Shown here in pieces: positions 26,201 through 38,200 of a DNA stretch of 64,000 nt. The stretch spans positions 2,011,931-2,075,930 of the forward strand of contig NW_018405944.1 in assembly GCF_002113885.1 (NCBI RefSeq), read 5' to 3'. Numbering within the stretch: position 1 is the stretch's first letter; every line of letters starts with the position of its first letter. Origin of the DNA: Mizuhopecten yessoensis. Taxonomy: Eukaryota. The notes beneath the pieces were generated by a model. That model did no database searches and was not told where the DNA came from. It saw only the letters and a program-made list of their open reading frames with translations. A program made the position numbers and the translations under genes.

Positions 26201-29200
26201 TTTGATAAAAATATCCGAAGCTTGTAGCAACAAAACAATGTGTGAGACACTATGAAGGCAGATGTAGGGTTTTGGACTGTTGAACATGCAATACATTGTA
26301 AACTCCTGCCTGTCCTCTGATCATAGGCCTTGCATGACTGACCTTGACCCATAACCTAATCAATAAATAGTTGATCTTGATCCACGACCTGATCTTTGAT
26401 CAACATTTGAACTCTATCCTACTTTCTGAGACCTTGACTTATTACTACCTTTGACACTTTTATGACCTATGACCTGATCCTGGCACCTTTGACCTTGTCA
26501 CAAGACCGGATCCAGAAACTTTTGACCCTGACTCATATAACCTAACCTCTGACCTGTCACATGACCTGATCCTGGCACCTTTGACCTTGTCACAAGACCA
26601 GATCCAAAACCTCCTGACCCATCACATATCACCTAACCTTTGACCTGTCACATGACTTGATCCTGGCACCTTGAACCTTGTCACAAGACCGTATCCAGGA
26701 ACTTCTGACCCTAATCAATAGAATTTGAACCTTAAGCTTTGACCTGTCACATGAATTGATCCTGACACCATTGACCTGGGCCCCTGACCTTACCTCTGAG
26801 TGAAAGTTGACTGCTTTACTCTCCACCAGCTGTAGTTGTAGTGCTTGCTCATTAATTCTGTTGGTGAAGTGATTTTTGATCAGGACCTCCCTTGTCTCTG
26901 CATCACTGGAGCTAGTAGACGCCATGTCTAACTTACCAAACTGAAAAATACAAACACTGAAATCTGTTTCTGGCCAAACAGAAACTCTACCTAAATGACA
27001 AGATGTGATAAAGTATGGCTTTCTGCCTGAAATATTTTCGAGAATTAGAATTAGTACATTTAAAAAAAAAAAAAAATCAAAGCTGAATACATGTTATTCG
27101 TTTCATTTATAAGCTTCCAAAATTGAATGAATTGCTTTAAAAAACACACACTTAAGAACTAAGAAATTACATGTACTTGAAAAACGTGTCTTTGGTCTGA
27201 CATATATAATATTTTGGGGGTTTTGGCTAAATCTAAATTTTGATACATATTTCATGGACCAGTCCTATCTTTTCAAAAGAAAAGAAACTGAATTTAAAAA
27301 AAAAAAAATATGATTTACTCAAAGCACTATTTTCGAAGAATTCCTGAATTCAATATTACAAAGGTCACTTTTACAGTTATCTTATACAACACACCCAACC
27401 AAAAATATTAATACCGGTCAGAATTTAAAACTTATACTGTATCTTTTACACAGTGAATGGTCTCTTGTTAAATCTAAGAGTACACACTTTAAAGTTATAG
27501 TAGTTTAACAAAATTGAAAATAGTGTGCTACCACCGGGGATCGAACCCTCGATCTCCAGGTTCCTATAGTTGGGCGCTCTACCACTGAGCTAAAGGAAAA
27601 TTTCCCCTAGCTCGAAGCTAGAAGGCAACTGTAATCCTATGTACAATTAAAATCTGCCAAAGTAGAATAGACTGTTACCATGGCAGCCTTAGCTTCGGGA
27701 TTCAGAGGTACGACGGCATCTAGTGACCAGGTCCTGGATGACGGCTCTTTAGTGATATTGTCTTCAATGGAGTCTCTGTGGGCTCCAGAGGCAAGCCTGC
27801 CGGCTAGGTCTTTCTCAAGCTTCTGCACTTTCTGAAACAAGTGATAAAACTTTTATATCTAAAAACAAATTTTAAGAAAAGATGTCCAATTTTTCCATTA
27901 GAAAATCTTTTTTTATTTTTTATTTTATCTCACGTACAAGCATACATGAAAAATTTGAAAATGACAGGCAATACTTTTACCGAGAGCTGCCACCGATATA
28001 AACACTACAAGTCTACTTGAAGATGGTGTAGTTAAATGGTATCTCTTAACTTAATAAATATTGTATTGATAAATATGATATCAAATGGAATTGAGCAACA
28101 GGTAAAAGTCTGTTACACTGTCGTCAATATTAAGAATCCCACCATGTGAAGCCTAAACGTGTTTATCGACGTCACTGACCTCCGTTTCCTTGTCGTGTTT
28201 TATCTGCAGTAGTTGTAGCTCTAACATCCAGTGTTCCTTTTCCTGTTCCAGTTTGTTGACTCGTGTCTGGGCTGTCGTAAGCTGTAACCAGATAAATGCG
28301 TAATAATATACCTTACTGACTCAGGTCTGGGCTTTCGTAAGCTGTAAACCAGGCAGATGCGTAATAATATACCTTACTGACTCTTGTCTGGGCTTTCTTA
28401 AGCTGTAACCAGATTAATGTGTAACAATATAGCTTACTGACTCAGGTCTGGCCTGTTGACAGCACAGATCTGGTATGACCAGACATACAATTTAGCAGTC
28501 AAAACAACGGAACTATTTTAAACGCCGACATTTGGCGGCAATAATTCCAATCGTGAGTTAATCACTGTCGGAGTGACGTCATAGTGCGTGTAGGCTGTCA
28601 TTTATGGCTTTCATCCACCTATCTGTTACAGGATGTGTCACATATTACAGTCCAATCCTCCTCCAACCATCCAGGGCTACAGGGAAGGGAGTTTAAGATC
28701 TTGGTTTTATTATGCACCTGACAACAATATAGGGACATAATTTTCATGTTCAGTTGAAAGAAAAATATTGGTGTTTTGCATTTACTGACTAAACATCTGC
28801 TAACGACACTTGAGTTAAGACGTGTGGGGCAGTGGATAACACAGTTGCCTTTCACCAAGGCGGTCGGGGATCAATTCCCCGATGGGGCGTGAAAAGGAAT
28901 TGGGTTACCTGCCCAACCACGCAGGTTTTCTCCGGGTAACTAAGCATGTTTCCTACCACATTAAGACCCCCCCTGCGTGCCATCATCTGGGCCAGTTGCA
29001 ACAAGAGCGATTAGTAAAACTTGTAAAATAATAGTTGTAACATAAATAAAGTTTACATTTTAATTAAGACAGGAAGAGATTGTATACTGTTAGACCTGTA
29101 ATTGTACTCACCTGTTTGGACAATCCCTCACGACTCTCTGTTGAGCTGAGCAATACCTTCCGGTTCTGAACAGCCACTCTATGGGGAACAGTCTCGGGGC

Positions 29201-32200
29201 AGGGCTGACACAGAAAATTCACAGTAAACATTCAAAGCTATGGGAAATAGCTCTTAAGACAGAGCTTACACATTTTATGTGGAACAGTTTCTGGGCAGAG
29301 CTCACACAGAAAAATAATTGTAAACATTTACTTAACTCTAGATCTATGGGAAACACTCAAACAGTCTATGGGCAGGGCTGACACACAATATTGATGAAAA
29401 ACATTTAATGCTATGGGAAACCGCTCCTTGGTCAGGGCTAACACAGAAAAGTGCTTGTAATCATTTATTTAACTCTATGGGAATAAGTCTAGGGTCAGAG
29501 CTGAAAAATAAAAATGATATTAGCAAGTTTCTGGGCAGGAATGACAAAGAAAATTGATGGTAGAGCTCACACAGAAAAAAAAAGGTAGACATTTAAGGCC
29601 ATGTTGTACAGTTTCTGGGCAGTGCTGACACAGTAAGAACTTTACCCCAAATGGACACATTTCGAAAGTTTAGAACCACTTTTTTACGTTTATCACAAGC
29701 ATACAATACTCCTTTAACTCATTCACGCCTGAAATTTAATAATGCACTATTCCAAATTTTGAATTGAAGGAGTTTAAATGTGTCTTTAGGGGTGAAAGAG
29801 TTAATTAGCTCACCGCAGACAGGTGTGACAGGTAGGTTGCTGCCTTCTGTCTGAAGCAGACGGTAGCTGGGCTGGAGCGTGGTCCCTCCATACTGGTGTC
29901 TGTCCCTATACTGCTTCCACGGGTTCTGTAACCCGGGTTTTCCTTAAAGAAGTCGAGGTTACCGGCAAAGAATGCTGAAACCTGAGGAAAAAAATATTTC
30001 AAATAAGTAATATGAATTCAAATCGAGGGAAGAGTCAATTTTATATTTATAGTAATAGTGACATTGACGACTGACCTTCTGACCTGAAAGCAGTTTCTGT
30101 AAGGAAGGTGTGTATGAAGTTTGAGTATTATTAGCCAAAGTGCTTGAAACTGTTAAGAAGATATCAAGTTTTCTATTTATAGTACCAATGACCTTGACCA
30201 TTGACCTTCGGACCAGAAAAGCAATCTCAAGCAAACCGTTTTAGTGAGAATGCAAGGTAAGATTTTTTGGTAGAATTAGGAATTAGGAATCAGGAACTCA
30301 AATTTTTGTTGGGAAATGCAAGTGGGACAGACAGACAGATGGATGGTTATGATTACAGTATCACCTCCTATCTTGATCATGGGGAAGATATTTTAACCCA
30401 AGTCGTTTATACTATTGTCAGGTCTCCTAGTTCAAATTCTTTTGATAAGGATATACAATATACAGAAAAGTAGCATACATTTCTTTTTCATATGAACATT
30501 AAGATAATTTGATGTCACAGTAAGGTAACATACAGCCTTAAGTCTCCATGTCACAGTATGGTAACATACATCCTTAAGTGTCCATGTTACTGAAAGGTAG
30601 CTTACAGCCTTAAATCTCTGTGTTGCAGTTTAGAAGTATATACATCTATAAATCTTTGAGCAACAGAAAGTTGGCATACACCCTTAAGTCTCTATGTCAC
30701 AGTAAAGTAGCATACATTCTTAAGTCTCTATGTCACAGCAAATTAGCATACGTTCTTAAGTCTCTACATCACAGTAAGGCAGCATACATCCTTAAGTCCC
30801 CAAGTCACAGAAAGGTAGCATACATCCTTAAGTCTATACATCACACTAAGGTGACATGGAGACTTAAGTCCCCAAGTCACAGAAAGGTAGCATGCATCTT
30901 TAATTCTCCATGTCACAGTAAGGTAGCATACATCCTTAAGTCTCTATAAGTCAGAGAATGGTAGCATACATTTTTCTACATATTATCCTGAAGAAAGTTT
31001 GATATTTATACCAATATCCAGCAATGTACTAAGTTGGTTCACGGTCCTCACCTTTCCTGTACAGGTAACCATGGAGATCAGTGATGATACGATACATTCG
31101 TCTGTTGTCTTAAGCTTTTGTGTTGCCGTGGGTAGCTGATGTTCCAAAGATACTTTAGAATTGTAATGTTTTGACACATCTAAAATTAAAACCAACAAAG
31201 AAAAGATTATTGTAACACAACATCTAAAAATTTGTGAATTTATAGGAATATTTAAATCTGAACAATTTCAATCAGAAATCATATCTTGTTTTTTATTCTA
31301 TTGTACAATAATAAATATCACTAGATACTGGTAATAACAGTAATTGGACTAACATCCACTAATTTACGGGAAAAGAAGAGTGATTAATATCAGTTAAAAT
31401 GAACTTGTTTCATAATTGTTGTAAAAAAAAAAATGTATTTAATTGGACTTGAATTGAACAGTTGGCTTATGTATTTTTCACCTGGTATAAGAAATATACT
31501 GCTCTAAATTTGCTGAAATATATTAAGCAGCAACTTTTCTGCCAATAGTGCAATAACTTTTAGCAAAAGTATCATTATTATTATTAAAGAGAAAAATAAA
31601 CAACTATATGTTATTCAGGTTAAAGTAAGCAAAAGGTAAGGGAGATAACTCTCAGAAAATGTTATCTCTGTTTGGTTGAGAAAAGATTTTTTTTTTTTTT
31701 TTTTTGGTAAGATAACACTATCAACACAAAAGAAGCTCCTTCAGCGGAGGAAACTTTTGGTGTACATTACCTCTGACTGATGTATCTAAATCCTGTAGAA
31801 CTTTTGACAAACACACAAAGAATGAGAAGTGGTTTTGATGTGGGTAATGGCAGTGATTCTGACCTGTACCAACACACAAGAGCAGAATATAGTTTTGCAA
31901 ACATGGAATTAAACAGGTTAAATATTATTTTTCATAAATATTCTCTAAAAGGTAAAATGACTTAAAACAATATTTAAAGAAATATTTTAGGATGGTCAGG
32001 TGGCACTGTGTATAGCACACTTGCCTTTCACCAAGGCGACCAGGGTTCAATTCCCCGATCGGACGTGAAAACGTATTGGGTCACCTGCCACATGGGTTTT
32101 CTCTGGGTACTTTGATTTCCTCCCACAGTAATACCCCCAGTGCGCTAACATCCGGGCCAACAAGAGTGATAAGTATAAGTTGTAAAAACTTGTTTCATAA

Positions 32201-35200
32201 TTGTTGTACAATAAATAAAGTTTATGATAAAGAAAATTTTAAATGAATTTTCATTCAGTACGATATAACGAAATAAGCTTCAATGAGTTCATTGAAAGGA
32301 AAACGGAATGAGTACAATTCTGAAATTCATTCATCATACACTCACCAACTAAAGCATATTATGTTTCAAATTTGTTAATATTTTGACAAAGAAATAAAAG
32401 AAAATACCACCACTTGTCATGAAATAACACATCACTAGCCTAAGTGTGTGATAAAAATATTAATAATGGTCTATAAAATCATGTATAATCTTGGTGATAT
32501 AATAGTTCACTTGCTCCCCAGGGAAAATAGTTAAAATGCCAATTCCTTTCTTCATGCGCATCTACATAACTACAATGTACTTCACTGTGTAAAGTTACAA
32601 AAAAATCCAACACACGATTTAGGAAGAATTGCGCTTACAAAGATCATGGAAAGACAGACAGACAGACAGACAGATGGACACGGTGATTCCTATAAACCCC
32701 CCACCCCCCCTTCCCCCCCAATTTTTTTTCCAATGGATAAGTGATATAATTATATATAAGTGTGTCGACACTTACTTTGGGTGGCTAGTAGAGCGATGTA
32801 CGTGTCGAGTTTGTTGAACACGGAGGTGAGATGTTTGAGGGAACGATGGAGATCCATGTTTTTATTTTCCAACGTCGAGGTGCAGGACGAGACGGCGCAT
32901 TCCTCCTCTATACTGTAAAAGTAGCAGTGTTAAAAGTAGATTCACAGTAAACAAAGTCATCGAAGCACTGATTATTCCGACTGCCTAACCATCTAGCTAC
33001 AGGGTATATAGTTCCTTTTTTACTAGCAACTGATCCTCTTCGGCTTGAGATGAGGGTTTGTCGAATTTAAGAAATTTACAGGAATAGGGAAATACTTGCA
33101 AAAGTTAAATTTCTAACTTCCATCATCAAGTTGGATTCATCATCACAAGTGAGTATTGGTACAAATCAGATTATACATATAAAGTATCTTTTCTTTGAGT
33201 GACAAAATGAACACTGGACAAATAAGGATTTTATCTGAGACAGAAGAACATTTTAAAGCGTGAAGGTTTTTCTCGTGTACAACATATAATGTAATTCTCT
33301 ACTGTACTAATAGTGTGTACATACCTAGCCAGCTGATAAGGCAAAAGTTTGTTCATGTAAGCCACGAGACATCTAAAATTCTTTGAAAACACCAGTAAAT
33401 CTGTAGCAGTTTCCTGAAAAAAATAGCTCTCAAGATTAATGAGTATTTCTTGCAGTTTTATAACATTATAGTACTTGAAATTTAGAGATAACATATCTGA
33501 TTCTAGTAATATTTGTTGTCTAAATTCTTCTGTTTGCATAATTATTACAGGAGATGGTGTCAAAGCCACCTAGTAGTCACCTGTTTTATTCCTTATGTAG
33601 CAGGGATACATTTTAGTTGGTTTGTAATGATTTTTGATAAAATACATATTTTTTATATAGCGTGATTGTCCAACATATTTTATAACACGTCCGAAGCAAT
33701 GTTAACGTTTTGTGCATGTTCATTTCGTTTGTACCTTACCCTGCAATTGTAGTGTCCGAGTGGTCATTCATGGTGGTGTTATATAGTTTCTGTTAATTCA
33801 AATTTTTTTTCATTGGGCAATTAGGTCGATGGTCTTGTATTTGTCAGCGTCAGACATACTTTTCCATTGACTGGATGGACCTGACAGATTTACATCATTA
33901 GATTGTATGTACCTGAAGACGTACCGAGTATGTGCGTCATGCAAAGGTGCTCCGTAGATATCCACACTTGTACTGGACAATGCTTTGTGCCTTACTCAGA
34001 CTGTAAACCACACGTCCTTATGGGATCAATATTACCAACATAACATGTGGTCTTGTCATATTTATGCAAGAAATACATCACTATTACACTTACCTGGGAA
34101 CACAAACAGACATTGTTGTAAACATAATTCAGCAAGAATTTTTACTGAATCATAAATCTTACTGTATCATATTTTACTTACAAGAGTTGTTAAAGAATCC
34201 TCATTAAAAGTACCGAGGAAAGAACGCAGAGCTTGCTCACAGGGGCGCAGGTAGCTCACATTCTCGTGAAGGTATTTACAATACTGCAATGTAAGGACAA
34301 AACTCCATGTACTGTTATTTAATAAAACCAACAGTTTAAATTTGCACATACTTTTGTGTATATTCATCCATTGAAATTGAATTACATACATCAATTGTAA
34401 AGAACACTACTTATTAGTCTAATTCACACAGTAATGAATTATCGTTTTTGAGATCATCCCCAAGATACAAAATGTCATGGAATGCATATGGGTGTTTAAT
34501 TATGTCTGAATCCTTTAGAAAACCCTGGATACAATCCTTTAAGGCATATGCAGCAACCATAATATGACAAGCACCTCCTGTACAAAAGAGTTCCAAGACA
34601 GTCAATTCACCTATAATAAACAAGGTCATCACCTTAACACTTACATATTTATCCTAAAGGCTCATTTGAATCCCCTTCAAGTTTTGCCATTAACATGTAT
34701 GGCCTAGAAATGCTATGCCCTAAAAAACATCTGGAACTTTCTATTATATTGTAACAGGAGATGAAAAAATGCACGGCCAGACCCGAGTTTGTACCCGGTA
34801 CCCTCGAAAATCTAGATGGAGGCTCTAGTAATTGAGGGTGGATGGATGGACCTGAATGATGATGAAAAAAATAGAAAATATCTGTAAGACATAAATGCCC
34901 CCGCTCATGGATGGGATGGGATGGGACGGGATGGGACAACACTATATGCCCCCCCCCCCCCCCCCCATTTTATGGTGGGGCATAAACATTTGTTTCAGGG
35001 GAGATGACTCTTACACACAGGTATGATGTGTAAGGTAGCTACCTTTGTAAATATACTTACCAGTAGATTGATGGAACTTAAAGGTTCACTAAGTCCATCA
35101 ATGGGGTATATTTTGGACCTCTGTTCTGAGTAGGTGTAGAAGTTGGACAGAGCCTGAACCAGTTCTGACAGGTGGTTCACTGATTGGTTCACCAGTTCTC

Positions 35201-38200
35201 GTGCTCGTAGTTGGTGCTTCCTATCATGGGTAGGCAGGTTCAGGCAATTTAAGTCTCGGTGCTCTGCAAACACGTATCAATATTTTATTCTCAGGTAGTG
35301 AAAGATATAGAAATATGTACGTAGTATTTATAGTTACTGCAGGATCTACAAAAAAAACCGTTGGAGTCTCTGTGCTCTTCAAACGTGTACCAATTTAAGA
35401 AAAAAATACAATCAAAAACAAAAAGCAAACTATGTGTTCTATGACCAGTACATATGTTTCAATGTTTGAATCACAGTACAAGTACTGATGGATCTTTCAT
35501 TTTTATTTAATTTTTTTATTTCGTACGTCTACAAATATGTATCAATATTTCAATTAAAACTGCTTAAAAATATTTCAACCCCATTTTGTTTCCTTTTAGT
35601 CTTATCAATATGTATCAATTTTAAATTAATAACAAACAAAACAAAAAGCTTGTAAGTACTTTTAAATCATAGTTAAATTTTACATTATTGCATTAAAAAA
35701 ATCTTTTTAAGGTGGAGTTTCTATTTATTTTTGACAAGTTGTAATTAAATTTCTCACTTGTATCTATGAAGGGTAGTTTGTCAGCAATTATTTTTCTAGC
35801 CTGTTGTAGATCACCTTGAAGACGGGACTGAACACCGTCCAGTTTTTCTTCACTGTAATCAAAGAAAAAAATAGTCAAATATTTTAATTACAAATTAGCT
35901 TGTGGGCCAAACATTCATCAGAGGATAGTAATTCGCCTGTTTCAGATTTGTGAAGTGATTTAGAATCAATGTGTTCATCAAGGACAGACAGCGGTCTGGC
36001 TCAGTTGTTGAAAATATGACTTTTGACAAATATCTGAAAATTTACAATTATTTTTCTGTGTTTCTTGTCTTCAGTTGAAGATTTTGAATCCCAACGCACA
36101 TAATTCCCTTTTGAATTTTAAGTTTTGATAACATATACATGTACTCTATGAAATAATTTGATTATCTTGTAAATAAGCCCATCCAGCTTTAAACAATGCA
36201 GCCTTGGTGTCCATTTGTACAGCTAGGTAGAGCTGAATCTTTCACTCAGGTTTTTACGAAGACAGACTTGCAGAAAATATACATCAAGTAAGACTTCATT
36301 GCCTCTGGTTTTCACAAAGATAAAGTTTGTTTCAGATTTACGATAATTCTTCGATAATTCAGACTTACGATAATTCAGATTTACGATAATTCTACGATAA
36401 TTCAGATTTACGATAATTCTACGATAATTCAGACTTACGATAATTCAGCTCTGGATCGGTAACTTTTCACATCAGATTCCAATTTTTGCAGTTTAACCTG
36501 AAACAACAAAAATGTATATAAATGTTGAATAATGATATTTTGTATGCCTATGCTATCATAACAGAAAAGTTATGGATTAGTGCATTGTAGTAGTTTTACA
36601 TTCAATAAAACATAATATCACTTACAGAGTTGTCTCCCTTGGTCTCATCTATCTTTCCATTTTATATAGTTCAACCTAATGCTCTTCTATTTCCTAATAT
36701 GGTCATTGTCGGTCTCTCTCCCCCTAATATAACCTCTCATTTCCTTCCCTCAATATTGTAGCAATTTGTTCCAAAATTAATTATCTTTTTCTCCTTAATT
36801 TAATTTTCTCCCTCCAGCTTCATCAATGTATTTCCAACTAGCAAGTATCTTTCACATTATGCATCCTCTTTCTCTAACCATATTCTGTTTCTTAATAGTT
36901 TGTCCTTCCCTCCCTACTGACCTCTTCTCTCCATCCATACTCAGTCTCCTACTAGCCTGTATTTCCCTCACCTTTTCTCTATCTGTACTCAGTTTTCTAC
37001 TAGCCTGTATTTCTCTCACCTTTTCTTTATCCATACTCAGTCTCCTACTAGCCTGTATTTCTCCCTAAGGGCCCTTTCTCTCTTTCCACACTAAGTTTCC
37101 TACTTCCCAGTATTTCCCATCCCTTTTCTCCCTATCTGTACTCAGTTTCCTACTGGCCTGTATTTCTCTCCCAATGGACCCCTTCTCTCTATCAGTACTC
37201 ACCTCTACCATGGCCTTTTCTTGTTGCAATTTGTCTATCTGGTCCTTGCTCTTCTGTAGTGTGGACTGGAGCACCTGCTGATGCTGGTTGCATTCTTTCT
37301 CATAGAACTCTAGCCTGGTTTCCAGCTCCTGTATCCGAGCCTGGTACTGACGATAACTGTCATCTACCTGTACAATATACAAAGGTAAAATACAACACTT
37401 GTACATGTACATAGCACAGGTAAATTTAACATCTTTCTGTACATAACACAGGTAAATTTAACATCTACCTGTACAAAACACAGGATAATTTAACATACAT
37501 CTGTACATTATACAGGTAAAATACAACAGCTGTACTTATTAAACACAGTTACATCTACCTGTACATAACACAGGTTAAACTAACATTTACCTGTACGTAA
37601 CACAGGTTAAACTTATATCTACCTGTATATTACAAAGAGAAAATATAACACTAGTACATAGCACAGGTAAATTTAACATCTACCTGTACATTACACAGTT
37701 GTACACAGGTTAAATTAACCACAGTGACCTGGGAATTTGTTACAGCTATATTTGGACCTAAACTTAGCAGTCAGCCTGCCACTTTTTCAAATATTTATGG
37801 GGTTTAGGTCAGCGTGTGCCGAGACCTGCTGTGTGATTGGCTGGTAGCAAAGCCATTTTTTCGCTTAACCAACTAACACTGCATGTTTCAGCACGCGCTG
37901 ACCTTAACCTCATTAATATTCAAAAAAGTGGCAGGCTGACTGCGAAAAACTTTGAAACTCTTAAATGGCATGTGTTTTTGGAGGAAACAAGAGTTTATGT
38001 CCGCAGAAGGAATACATTTTTACGTGCGCATATGAGGTTTGTAAAAGAAAATTAATCTATCTTTCCAAAGGTACTAAGCATTTTCCTGTAGATCAACTAG
38101 AAAAGTTGTTTTTGATGCAAGAAAGTTAGGTGGGGTCGACATTTCGACATCGAGAGCTTTCCTCCCTTCTCGTATATATGATCATTGGAGGTGTCATTAT

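Noticed and set aside
30620-30949. 109-aa HSKVAYILKS repeat ORF
   Set aside because: Product of a 36-bp intronic minisatellite antisense to PPP1R21.
33730-34100. Exon-like segments with splice signals in PPP1R21 intron 9
   Set aside because: Exons 9 and 10 already join in frame and match the human protein; no recognisable product.
37720-37760. CACAGTG at a TIR end as an RSS heptamer (RAG/Transib transposon)
   Set aside because: The other three TIR copies read CACAGGG, no nonamer is present, and the TSD is 8 bp rather than 5 bp.
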